Shown piece after piece: positions 36,074 through 45,454 of a DNA stretch of 64,000 bases. Position numbers and translations under genes: made by a program. Position 1 is the first letter of the stretch. Each line of letters opens with the position of its first letter. The DNA is taken from assembly GCA_017612555.1 (NCBI GenBank), contig JAGAFR010000051.1:31233-95232 (forward strand), written 5' to 3'. The notes below the pieces were generated by a model that did not search any database, was not told where the DNA came from, and was given only the letters and a program-made list of their open reading frames with translations. The DNA comes from Lachnospiraceae bacterium. GTDB lineage: Bacteria; Bacillota; Clostridia; Lachnospirales; Lachnospiraceae.

Positions 36074-39016
36074 CTATTTTACGATAAGCTCGCACGTGGC
36101 TGTGTTATATCCGCTCTTTGTATCGGAAGGTGTTGCCGCTACCTCATACAGTCCCGGCTTTGCCTCAGAGCTTACCGACACGATCCCGTTCTCATTAACC
36201 GTTACGCCAAGATCGGCGGGACTTACGCTCCAGTTTACCTTCGGCTGCTCTTTCTTCGGGGAAGCGATCGTGATCTTGGAAGTCTTTGCCCCGGACTTGG
36301 GAGCCTTCACCGTTACCGATGTCTGCTTCAGAGCCAGGTACTTCTCCGGTGTTGAAGCTGTCACTTCGATCGATGATGATACTTTTCCCGACTTGACGGT
36401 AACAGTTCCTTTTGCTCCCGGCTCCGTTGCAACAACGTATCCGCTCTTTGATACTTTGATCCCTTTTCCCTTAACGGAAAAGACCGGATCCTTCGGATCG
36501 GTATTATCTGCGGCACAGGTAACCTTCAACCATTTACCCCGGCCAACGTCAAGTGTATTCTCTTTTGAAAGCTTAAGTTCCGTGACCGGCTTTTTGACGA
36601 TCACTTTCGTGTAGGTGCAGGTCTCGTTTCCCTTGTCGTCTTTGAGCCCCCACTTTATATATGTTGTACCGACATTGATCGGTGTGATCTCCATCGCAGC
36701 CTTGGAACCGTTGCCGCTGACCGGCATCTTATGTAAGTTTACGATCGCCTGGGCATCTGCGGCGTAACCGGTTACCTTCGATGAGTAAGCGCGCATGTTT
36801 GCAGGTATGCTTACTACAGCCTTGCCCTTCGTTCCCACATTAAGAGTGAGTGCTTTTGTTGCAGTGATCTGTGCTGTCTTTCCGTCTACGGTGATCGGGA
36901 CATTTTCAAACGCCGCCGGCTCAACGGTGATGTTGAACGTATGCGTATCCGCTCCGCATACGGCTTTGACAAGAGCTTTTCCGTATGCTGTTCCCTTCGG
37001 AAGATCCTTTGCGGTCACAACGCCGTTAGTCACGCTCACGCAGTTCTTCGGAGATGCGGTAACGCTCCACTGTGCCCCGAATATGTACCTTCCGTCTGAG
37101 CTTATGTTGAGTCTTCTGACTTCACCCGGATAGAGTCTTAAGTCATTATCATCCGTAACGGTCACATGACACGTGGCCGTATAGCCTCCGTCTTTTGTTG
37201 TTACGGTGATATCAGCCTCACCTTTTGCGACACCTACAAGAGCCGGTGTCTTACCGCTGTAAGTCACATAAGCAACCGATTCATCCGATGAGGACCATGT
37301 TAAGGACTTATCGCCGGCATATGAAGGTTCTACCACAGGTGCGAGTCCCAACGGTTTTCCCACCTTGACCTTCGCTTGAGACACAAGCGATATACCTGTG
37401 ACCGGAGCACGCCAGTTGGTAAATGCCTTTATTCGAAAATCACCGTTTGTTTCCCGACCCGATGCCTCACTGGCTGTTTTCCATGTGTCACCTTCAAGGC
37501 AGAGGCTCCGTCTTCCCTCTGTATGAGCAGTTGTCACATAATATCCTTCATCAGACTGCTCAACCATCATTTTGGTACTCTTGGGAACCGTAAGCACCAC
37601 CGAAAAGTTCTCACCCGGTTCCAGTTCCACGGGTTCGTTAAGTTCTATCGTGTATCCTCCCGAATAATTGATTTTCCCCTGCAGAGTTTCCATCGCGCGT
37701 GTTCCGCTCTCAGGCTGCCCTTCCTGCACATCCTTATACACATCTATCTTATAATCAACGTCTGCGGAATAAGTATCAATATATACAGCCGTCAGCAGCT
37801 GAGGTTCGTCAGTTGCCCTGAATATATTTGCGTACTTCTCATGATCAGACACCTGATCTGATGTCATACAACCGTCATACTGATAGTTATGTACATATTT
37901 ATCGGGACTTTCCATATCAAGTGCATAACACTGATCATCCAGTGATTCGTCATAATACGAGAGCCAGAAGTATGAATTGATCTGAGGAAAATTGCCTATA
38001 AGCTGTCCATCCGATGCAATATAGTTACCCGCCTGCCAGCTGTTTCTTATAAGCCACGCCCCGTCACCTTCCGGCTTTTTGCTGCTCGCAAACTTTTCCT
38101 TCGGAAAATCATCATCCCATCCCACAATGGCAACAAGATGATTGATATCTTTATGTTCCGGCACATAATAGCAATTGTTATCCACACTGCAATATTCATA
38201 GAATTCGGGAGAACCGGTGTCAGCATTGTAATACAATGCTGCAACGGCTCCGTACTCACGGATGAGATTCTTTACTCCCAAACGGTCATTACGGGGATTG
38301 GCTACATAATATCCTTTCATGTGCATCACATCATCTACGGCGTTCTCCTTTGCAGTCTCAAAATCTTCGAGGCTTGAGTCATTGGCATACGGATAACTCT
38401 TTTCATCCGCCGTTCCGATCCAGCTTCCCAAAATATGTACTGCATTGACAGCATTGCCGCCATGAAGAAAGTTATCATTTTCCCTGCCGTTCATGTCCCC
38501 TTCAAATCCACCGATGGGGTTGTAAGGCTCGTTCCTCTTTCCCGCAAAATAAGAAAGGTGAATTTCCGACAGATCTATATCATTTACGGCCGGACTACCG
38601 TCGCGAAGTATTACACCGTGCTTAACCGCAGACATTTCTGCAGCAGCGATGGTCGCGAAGGCCCAGCATGTTCCATGGGGGTTCTGCCCCCTCGAAGGGA
38701 TCATCGCCGTTTCCGGAGAGATATAAAACCGTTCTTCATTCTCAAGCAGTTCATCCGATGACTGAGTGCTCCTCACTGTCTCGTATTCATGTTCATTCGG
38801 AACCGGCAAGTATCCCGGTACGAATTTATTGACCACTGCTTCTTCATAAGCATCCTCCTCTGTTTCTGTTTCCGCCTCTGTCTCTGTCTCTGCTTCGGCT
38901 TCCGTGACTATGATCTCTTCCCGGGTCTCGTCTGCATATACCGGCACCCGGATTATTGATACGGTAAGAACGAGTGCAAGTACGGATGCAAAAATACGAT
39001 GTAATGCTCTTTTCAT
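36074..39016 (-). CDS. Secreted papain-like (C1) cysteine peptidase with Ig-like domains, paralog 2
   Basis: 980 aa. Signal peptide MKRALHRIFASVLALVLTVSIIRVPVYA. An ETEAETE acidic repeat. GQNPHGTCWAF, INHLVAIVGWDDDF, WLIRNSWQAGNY. Big_2-like TWSSSDESVAYV. Confidence 0.8.
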   Translation of the reverse strand: MKRALHRIFASVLALVLTVSIIRVPVYADETREEIIVTEAEAETETEAETETEEDAYEEAVVNKFVPGYLPVPNEHEYETVRSTQSSDELLENEERFYISPETAMIPSRGQNPHGTCWAFATIAAAEMSAVKHGVILRDGSPAVNDIDLSEIHLSYFAGKRNEPYNPIGGFEGDMNGRENDNFLHGGNAVNAVHILGSWIGTADEKSYPYANDSSLEDFETAKENAVDDVMHMKGYYVANPRNDRLGVKNLIREYGAVAALYYNADTGSPEFYEYCSVDNNCYYVPEHKDINHLVAIVGWDDDFPKEKFASSKKPEGDGAWLIRNSWQAGNYIASDGQLIGNFPQINSYFWLSYYDESLDDQCYALDMESPDKYVHNYQYDGCMTSDQVSDHEKYANIFRATDEPQLLTAVYIDTYSADVDYKIDVYKDVQEGQPESGTRAMETLQGKINYSGGYTIELNEPVELEPGENFSVVLTVPKSTKMMVEQSDEGYYVTTAHTEGRRSLCLEGDTWKTASEASGRETNGDFRIKAFTNWRAPVTGISLVSQAKVKVGKPLGLAPVVEPSYAGDKSLTWSSSDESVAYVTYSGKTPALVGVAKGEADITVTTKDGGYTATCHVTVTDDNDLRLYPGEVRRLNISSDGRYIFGAQWSVTASPKNCVSVTNGVVTAKDLPKGTAYGKALVKAVCGADTHTFNITVEPAAFENVPITVDGKTAQITATKALTLNVGTKGKAVVSIPANMRAYSSKVTGYAADAQAIVNLHKMPVSGNGSKAAMEITPINVGTTYIKWGLKDDKGNETCTYTKVIVKKPVTELKLSKENTLDVGRGKWLKVTCAADNTDPKDPVFSVKGKGIKVSKSGYVVATEPGAKGTVTVKSGKVSSSIEVTASTPEKYLALKQTSVTVKAPKSGAKTSKITIASPKKEQPKVNWSVSPADLGVTVNENGIVSVSSEAKPGLYEVAATPSDTKSGYNTATCELIVK

Positions 39017-39036
39017 GAACGCTTCCTTTCCTGAAT

Positions 39037-42027
39037 CTATTTAACGATAAGCTCGCATGTAGCTGTGTTATATCCGCTTCCTTCTTCGGATGGTGTTGCC
39101 ACCACCTCATACAGTCCCGGCTTTGCAAGATCACTTACCGACACTATCCCGTTCTCATTGATCGTTACACCAAGATCAGCGGGAGTAATACTCCATTTTA
39201 CCTTCGGCTGATCCTTCTTCGGAGAAGCGATGGTGATCTTTGCGGTCTTGGCACCGGACTTGGGGGCCGCTACCGTTACCGATGTCTGCCCCAGCACCAG
39301 ATACCTCTTGGGTGTTGCGGCTTCCACATCGATGGAGGACGATGCTTTGCCGGACTTGACTGTAACGGTTCCTTTTGCTCCGGGAGTCGTTGCAACAACG
39401 TATCCGCTCTTTGATACTTTGATACCTTTTCCCTTAACCGAAAATACCGGATCCTTCGTTTCCGTGTTGTTCCTGGTTCCGGTGACCTGAAGACGCGTAC
39501 CCACACCTACGGCAAGCTCGGTATTTCCCGTAAGGTTAAGCTCTGTGACCGGCTTTTTGACGATCACCTTCGTATAGGCCTTAGTCACGTTGCCTTTTTC
39601 ATCCGCAAGTAACCACTCGATATAAGTTGCTCCGGCTTCCCGCGGTACTAACTCAAATGTGATCTTGGAATTATTACTGCTGTTTGACATCCGGTGTACT
39701 CCGCACACTCCGATGTCATCCCGGTTCCAATCGATCTGATCTGCCCTGTTTCGCAGATTCGCAGGGATACTTACGGCAGCCTTACCGTTTGTACCCATAT
39801 TCAGAGTGATCGTTTTGGGTGCAGTGATCTGTGTTTTCTTTCCGCCTTCGGTTATGGGAACATTTTCATGAGCCGATGCGTCAACCGTGATGTTGAATGT
39901 ATGGGTTTCAGATCCGCATACTGCCTCAACAAGTGCTTTTCCGTATGTTGTTCCTTTCGGAAGATTCTTGGCGGTTACAACACCGTTTGTCACGCTCACG
40001 CAGTTCTTCGGAGATGCGGTAACACTCCACTGTGCCCCGTAAATACACCTTCCGTCCCCGCTTAAGTTAAGTCTTTTGCTCTCACCGGGATAAAGGATCA
40101 GATTGTTATCATCTGTGACGATAACATGACAGGTGGCCGTAAATCCGCCGTCATTTGTTGTTACTGTGATATCGGCCTCTCCTTTTGCAACAGCATTGAC
40201 CGCTGCAGCTTTTCCGTAATACTCCACATACGCAACAGAATCATCCGAAGATGACCATGTAACCGACTTATCAGCCGCGTGCGCAGGTTTTATTTCAGGT
40301 TCGATCTCTGCCAATTCTCCTGCCTTGATGTTCATTCTGGGCGCAAGAGATACACCGGTAACATGAGCGCTCCAGTTTGTAAGCGCCTTGATACGTATAT
40401 CGCCATATTGGTCTGAATTCATATACTCAGCGGCTGTTTTCCACGTATCTTCGTCCAGGCAGATACTGCGCCTGTCCTCGGTATGTGCTGTCGTTACGTA
40501 AGAATCATTCGAAGACTTCTCCGCATTCATGCCGGTACCTTTCGGAACCGTGATCACGACCGAGAATCGCTCACCCGCCTCCAATTCCACGGGATTGGTA
40601 AGTTCTATCGTATATCCTCCGGCATAGGTCAGTTTACCCTCCTGAGTGGGCATCGCACGCGTTCCGCTCTTGGGCTGTCCTTCCGACACTCCCTTATACA
40701 CATCTATCTTATACGGAACATTTGCGCTGCCTGTAGCGAAATAAACAGCAGTCAGCTTCTGCGGTTCGTCAGTTGCCGTGAATATATTTGCGAATTTCTC
40801 CGGTCCGGTTACATACTCCGTTGTCATACATCCGTCATATTGATAGTTATGCTCATATTTATCAACGCGTTCCATATCGAAGGCATAACACTCATCAGCC
40901 GATGTCTTGTCATAGTATGAGAGCCAGAAATATGAGTACAGTTCAGGATGATTGCCGGCGAGTTTTCCATCGGTTGTTACATAGTTACCTGCTTCCCAGC
41001 TGTTTCTTACAAGCCATGCTCCGTCACCTTCCGGCTTTTCGCTGTAAGCGAAGTTTTCCTTCGGAAAATCATCATCCCATCCGACTATTGAAACAAAATG
41101 ATTGATACCTTGTTTTACCGGCACATAATAACAATTGTTCTCACTGCTGTATACATCATTAAGTGTAAGTCCCTGATCATTGTTATTCTGGAATGACCAG
41201 TATATCATCGAGGCCGAACCGTATTTTTGAATAAGAGCCTTTACCGCGGAAGGGGCTGTATGGAGACCGGCTATATAGTACCCCCTCTGGTGTATTACAT
41301 CATCAACTGCATTCTCCCGTGCAGTCTCATACTTGCGAAGGCTGGGATCATTAACATACGGATAACTCTTCTCATCTGCCGCACCGATCCAGCTTGCCAG
41401 AATGCTCACGGCGTTATCGGGACTGCCGCCGGCAAGAAAGTCACTATTCACTACGCTGTTTGTGTCCCCTTCAAATCCACCGAGGGGATTGTATGGTTCG
41501 TTCTTCTTACCGCAGAAATACGCAAGATGCAGCTCCGACAGATCTATCTTATTATTAGCTTCACTGCCGTCTCTAAGCGTTACTTTATTCCTTAACGCAG
41601 ACATTTCAACAGCTGCCATGGTCCCGAAGGCCCAGCATGCGCCGAACTGTCCCTGATCTCTTGAAGGGATCCTGGAAGCCTCCGGAGAGATATAGAATCG
41701 CACATCCTCATCAAACAGTTCTTCAGCTGCCTGTTCTTCACTTACGCTTTCAAACATTCCCTCATTGGGAGCCGGAAGGTATCCCGGTACAAATCGTGAA
41801 ACCTTCTCCGCCATCTTTTCGGGATCTTCCTTTTTCCCGGGGGCATCAGGCTCTTCCGGGACTTCCGCTTTATCCGTAACTGCCTCTTCTTCAAGTGTCT
41901 CCGTCTCTGCCTCGGTGACAACGATCTCTTCTTCGGGCTCCACGGCATATACCGGCACACGGATCATGGATGCGGCAAGAACAAGTGCAAGTACAGATGA
42001 AATGATACGATGTAATGTCTTTTTCAT
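39037..42027 (-). CDS. Secreted papain-like (C1) cysteine peptidase with Ig-like domains, paralog 3
   Basis: 996 aa. Signal peptide MKKTLHRIISSVLALVLAASMIRVPVYA. DQGQFGACWAF, INHFVSIVGWDDDF, WLVRNSWEAGNY. 20-nt intergenic gap with an AGGAAAGGAAGCG RBS. Confidence 0.8.
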   Translation of the reverse strand: MKKTLHRIISSVLALVLAASMIRVPVYAVEPEEEIVVTEAETETLEEEAVTDKAEVPEEPDAPGKKEDPEKMAEKVSRFVPGYLPAPNEGMFESVSEEQAAEELFDEDVRFYISPEASRIPSRDQGQFGACWAFGTMAAVEMSALRNKVTLRDGSEANNKIDLSELHLAYFCGKKNEPYNPLGGFEGDTNSVVNSDFLAGGSPDNAVSILASWIGAADEKSYPYVNDPSLRKYETARENAVDDVIHQRGYYIAGLHTAPSAVKALIQKYGSASMIYWSFQNNNDQGLTLNDVYSSENNCYYVPVKQGINHFVSIVGWDDDFPKENFAYSEKPEGDGAWLVRNSWEAGNYVTTDGKLAGNHPELYSYFWLSYYDKTSADECYAFDMERVDKYEHNYQYDGCMTTEYVTGPEKFANIFTATDEPQKLTAVYFATGSANVPYKIDVYKGVSEGQPKSGTRAMPTQEGKLTYAGGYTIELTNPVELEAGERFSVVITVPKGTGMNAEKSSNDSYVTTAHTEDRRSICLDEDTWKTAAEYMNSDQYGDIRIKALTNWSAHVTGVSLAPRMNIKAGELAEIEPEIKPAHAADKSVTWSSSDDSVAYVEYYGKAAAVNAVAKGEADITVTTNDGGFTATCHVIVTDDNNLILYPGESKRLNLSGDGRCIYGAQWSVTASPKNCVSVTNGVVTAKNLPKGTTYGKALVEAVCGSETHTFNITVDASAHENVPITEGGKKTQITAPKTITLNMGTNGKAAVSIPANLRNRADQIDWNRDDIGVCGVHRMSNSSNNSKITFELVPREAGATYIEWLLADEKGNVTKAYTKVIVKKPVTELNLTGNTELAVGVGTRLQVTGTRNNTETKDPVFSVKGKGIKVSKSGYVVATTPGAKGTVTVKSGKASSSIDVEAATPKRYLVLGQTSVTVAAPKSGAKTAKITIASPKKDQPKVKWSITPADLGVTINENGIVSVSDLAKPGLYEVVATPSEEGSGYNTATCELIVK

Positions 42028-42047
42028 AAACGCTTCCTTTCTTGAAT

Positions 42048-44936
42048 CTATTTAACGATAAGCTCGCATGTAGCTGCGTTATATCCGCTGTCAGGATCCG
42101 AAGGCGTTGCCACTACCTGATAGATTCCGGGCGACGCCGCATCGGTTACCGACACAACTCCGCTTTTTTCATCTATCCCTACACCCGGAACGTTCCAGTC
42201 AAGACTCCAGATGACCTCCGGCTGATCCTGTCTTTTCTTGGGAACAGCGATGGAAATTGCGGTAGTCTTTGCTTTTGCGCCGGGCTTCGGAGCCGTAACC
42301 GTCACCGAAGTCTGCTTCAATGTCATATACTTCTCGGGTGAATCAGCTGCAACATCGATCGTTTTGGATGCTTTCCCGGCCTTGACCGTTATCGTCCCCT
42401 TCGCTCCCGGCTCCGTTGCAATGACATGACCCGTCTTTGACACCTTGATACCTTTTCCTTTGACACCAAATGTCAGATTGTTTGAATCAGTGTTATCTTT
42501 GTCGGCAACAACTCCTATCCACGTACCTTGACCGACAGTAAGTGCGGTATCACATGAAACTTCGAAGTTATCACCGTCTATGGGTTTTTTGACGATCACT
42601 TTCGTGTACGCCTTGGTCTCATTACCCTTTGCATCTTTCATAGACCACTCTATGTATGTCGCTCCGGCATTGACCGGTGTGATAGCAAATGCGGCCTTGG
42701 AACCGGCCTTATTATATGTCGGACCACTCACCGAGCAGATTCCTTCAGTATAAATCCCGTAATCAACACCTGCCGTCTTACTCCTCAGGTTTACGGGAAT
42801 ACCAAGATCAGCCTTGCCGTCTTTACCTACAGTAAGATTTATCGTCTTCGGTGCGGTAAGCTGTATCTTCTTGCCTCCGTCAATGATCGGAACGTTTCCA
42901 TGCGCAGTGCCGTCCACTTTGATATTAAACCTGTATACATTCGATGAGTTTGTGGCAGTTACAACAGCCTCTCCGGTTGTTTTCCCTTTCGGAAGATTCT
43001 TTGCCGTTACTATACCGTTCGATACGCTCACACAGTTCTTCGGTTCAGCGGATTCAACATTCCACTTAAGTCCGAACGCATACAGTTCATACTCGGCAAG
43101 GTACAATCTTCTGACCTCACCGGGAATAAGTACGAGATCGCTGTCATCGGTAACTGTCACACGACATACATCCGTAAATCCTCCGTCAACCGTTGTTACG
43201 GTTATATCAGTCGTACCCTTCCCGACAGCGGTAACCGTTCCGTTTACATCCACCGATGCAACAGTATCATTCGAAGATGACCATGTTACCGACTTATCGG
43301 TTGCATACGAAGGCTCTACTGTGGGCGTAAGAGTAAACGTACCACCGGCCTTTACGCTCTTGCTCTTCGGAAGGGATACACCCTTAACCGCTACGGGGCC
43401 GGCAGATCCGTTTTTGGTAAATGCCTTGATACGAAAATCACCCCAGGCACTATCTTTTAATCTCTGACTTGCCGTCATCCACTTATCACCGAACCAACAC
43501 AAGCTTCGGCTTCCTTCGGTATGAGCAACGGTCTCATAATAACCGCTTGAAGATTCCTCAGCATCCATGTACGTCTCCTGCGGGACTGTAATAACGACGG
43601 AAAAGCTCTCTCCCGGCTCAAGATCCACCGGCCGTTCGAGTTCTATCGTATATCCTCCCGCATATGACGTTTTCCCGCTCTGCCCTGACAGCGCGCAGGT
43701 TCCGCTCTCGGGATCCCCTTCGGACACACCCGTATAAACATCTATCTTATAGTCAACATTTGCACTGTGGGTTGAGAAGAAAACAGCTGACAGCTGCTGC
43801 ACAGAATCATCCGAGGCCGTGAAGATGTTCGCATATTTCTTTTGACCCCAGAGATAACCTCCGGTCATACATCCGTCATACTGATAATTGTGGTCATATG
43901 TGTTGACGCGGTCCATGTCAACCGCATAAGCACCCGTCCATAATGACTGGTCATAATATGACAGCCAGAAATAGGAATTGTATGCGGCATGTTCACCTGT
44001 TAATTCACCCTTTTCGTTAACGTAATTACCGGCCTCCCAGCTGTTCCTGACAAGCCACGCTCCGTCGCCTTCCGGCTGAGCTCCGTTTGTGAAGTTTTCC
44101 CTTGAAAAATTATCGTTCCATCCGACAAGGGCGATCACATGATTGGTCCCGGGATTGTAGGAAAGATAATAACAGTTATTATCTCTGCAGTATATTCCAT
44201 CTTCATCATAATATACCGCAACGACAGCTCCGTAATCTTTGATGAGCTTCTTGACCGCATCCGGGTCATTTTTCGGGTTGGCAAAATAGAAACCCCGTAA
44301 ATGCATCACATCGTCAATGCCGTTTTCACGATCTGTCTCATAAGAGTAGAGGCTTTTATCAATGGCATACTTATAATCATTCTCGTCTGCCGTGCCGATC
44401 CAGTTTGCAAGAAGCTGCGTTGCGGTACCGGCACTTCCCCCGTTATCAAGGAAGTTCTTTTTTGTACCGTTACGGTCTCCGGCAAATCCCCCGAGAGGAT
44501 CGTAGGGCTCGATCTTCTTTCCCGCAAAGTAGGCCAGGTGAAGTTCCGACAGATCGGTGCCTTCGTTTGCATACGATCCGTCTCGAAGCTGTGTACCGTA
44601 ATTGGCAGCCGACATCTCTGCCGCGGCCATTGTTGCAAACGACCAGCACGTTCCAAAACGCCCCTGCTCTCTCGAAGGTTTCCTGGTCGCTATCGGAGAT
44701 ACGAAGAAATCTTCCTCGGCTCCGAAAAACTGATCCGCGGACGGATCCATATTCACACTTTCATACTCATCCTCATGAGGAGCAGGTGCGAAGCCCGGCA
44801 CGAATCTGATGCCGTCTGATCTGTACTGGTAGCTTTCTTCTTCAATTTCCGTAGCATATACCGGCACCCGGATCATGGTAACGGCTATGACCGCTGCAAG
44901 TACAGATGAAATGATTCTGCGTAATGATTTTTTCAC
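42048..44936 (-). CDS. Secreted papain-like (C1) cysteine peptidase with Ig-like domains, paralog 4 (first gene of the array)
   Basis: 962 aa. GTG start with an AGGAAAGGG RBS. Signal peptide (M)KKSLRRIISSVLAAVIAVTMIRVPVYA. EQGRFGTCWSF, TNHVIALVGWNDNF, WLVRNSWEAGNY. Confidence 0.8.
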   Translation of the reverse strand: MKKSLRRIISSVLAAVIAVTMIRVPVYATEIEEESYQYRSDGIRFVPGFAPAPHEDEYESVNMDPSADQFFGAEEDFFVSPIATRKPSREQGRFGTCWSFATMAAAEMSAANYGTQLRDGSYANEGTDLSELHLAYFAGKKIEPYDPLGGFAGDRNGTKKNFLDNGGSAGTATQLLANWIGTADENDYKYAIDKSLYSYETDRENGIDDVMHLRGFYFANPKNDPDAVKKLIKDYGAVVAVYYDEDGIYCRDNNCYYLSYNPGTNHVIALVGWNDNFSRENFTNGAQPEGDGAWLVRNSWEAGNYVNEKGELTGEHAAYNSYFWLSYYDQSLWTGAYAVDMDRVNTYDHNYQYDGCMTGGYLWGQKKYANIFTASDDSVQQLSAVFFSTHSANVDYKIDVYTGVSEGDPESGTCALSGQSGKTSYAGGYTIELERPVDLEPGESFSVVITVPQETYMDAEESSSGYYETVAHTEGSRSLCWFGDKWMTASQRLKDSAWGDFRIKAFTKNGSAGPVAVKGVSLPKSKSVKAGGTFTLTPTVEPSYATDKSVTWSSSNDTVASVDVNGTVTAVGKGTTDITVTTVDGGFTDVCRVTVTDDSDLVLIPGEVRRLYLAEYELYAFGLKWNVESAEPKNCVSVSNGIVTAKNLPKGKTTGEAVVTATNSSNVYRFNIKVDGTAHGNVPIIDGGKKIQLTAPKTINLTVGKDGKADLGIPVNLRSKTAGVDYGIYTEGICSVSGPTYNKAGSKAAFAITPVNAGATYIEWSMKDAKGNETKAYTKVIVKKPIDGDNFEVSCDTALTVGQGTWIGVVADKDNTDSNNLTFGVKGKGIKVSKTGHVIATEPGAKGTITVKAGKASKTIDVAADSPEKYMTLKQTSVTVTAPKPGAKAKTTAISIAVPKKRQDQPEVIWSLDWNVPGVGIDEKSGVVSVTDAASPGIYQVVATPSDPDSGYNAATCELIVK

Positions 44937-45017
44937 TGGTTAACCCTTTCCTGTTTTAACTGTTGATGATTCCATTTCATTTTCACCCATCGGGCAAAGT
45001 CTAATACCCTAAGTTAC

Positions 45018-45046
45018 ATTATACTTTCCGGAAATGGATTTGCCCA
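45018..45046 (-). promoter_or_regulatory. Possible promoter of the peptidase/kinase operon
   Basis: Minus strand TGGGCA (45046..45041), 17 nt spacer, TATAAT (45023..45018), about 80 nt upstream of the GTG start at 44936. Confidence 0.4.
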
Positions 45047-45076
45047 CATTTTTTTAGATCATATTTGACTATTGTA

Positions 45077-45105
45077 TTGATTTATTCGAACATTTGTTCT
45101 ATAAT
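45077..45105 (+). promoter_or_regulatory. Sigma-A promoter with an embedded LexA (Cheo/SOS) box
   Basis: TTGATT (45077..45082), 17 nt spacer, TATAAT (45100..45105). The spacer contains CGAACATTTGTTC (45087..45099), which matches the Firmicute LexA core GAAC-N4-GTTC exactly. Confidence 0.65.
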
Positions 45106-45151
45106 GTTCTTACGGGGAGAATCGGTACTGTAAAGACATGCAGGATGTGTT

Positions 45152-45454
45152 ATGGGTACAGACATGATCAAGAGCATAGATGTGATCTGTCAGCACAAGG
45201 CAGACGGAACGATGATCCCGCTGAAGCTCCGCCTGCTTGATGAGGACGGTGCATATCAGGAATACAAGATCCATTCCTTTAAGGATCTGACATACAAGGG
45301 TGTTCCGCTGGATCAGCTTGATGTGAGCAGGATACACTCTTCGGGTATATTCCCTTTCGAGTGCAGGATAGAATCTTTCGGACATGAGCGCACCATCAGG
45401 ATCTTCTACAGCAGCTATGAACACAGATGGAAGCTTTCGTCACGCCAGTTTTGA
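45152..45454 (+). CDS. Small hypothetical protein (100 aa), candidate SOS-regulated gene
   Basis: MGTDMIKSIDVICQHKADGTMIPLKLRLLDEDGAYQEYKIHSFKD.... Codon usage resembles neighbouring genes (AAG/ATC/CTG/GAC rich). It lies directly downstream of the LexA-box promoter. ATG 45164 is an alternative start. No family recognised. Confidence 0.5.
   Translation: MGTDMIKSIDVICQHKADGTMIPLKLRLLDEDGAYQEYKIHSFKDLTYKGVPLDQLDVSRIHSSGIFPFECRIESFGHERTIRIFYSSYEHRWKLSSRQF

Larger units (their letters stand above)
33114..44936 (-). repeat. Tandem array of four ~2.9-3.0 kb paralogous gene units
   Basis: The four adjacent genes share domain order, near-identical signal peptides and a near-identical C-terminal end (GYNTATCEL[IY]VK). 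The 20-nt spacers between units 4/3 and 3/2 are nearly identical (…CGCTTCCTTTC[CT]TGAATCTATTTA). Confidence 0.85.

Noticed and set aside
33114-44936. Diversity-generating retroelement or phase-variation mechanism acting on the tandem peptidase genes
   Set aside because: There is no reverse transcriptase or recombinase/invertase gene in the window. I see no template/variable repeat pair with adenine-specific differences, and no inverted repeats flanking the promoter region. Similarity between copies looks like ordinary paralogy plus gene conversion.
45110-45424. 104-aa minus-strand ORF antisense to the LexA-box ORF
   Set aside because: The plus-strand ORF has a consensus promoter and host-like codon usage. 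The minus ORF would start inside the convergent gene's 3' region, with no RBS or promoter.
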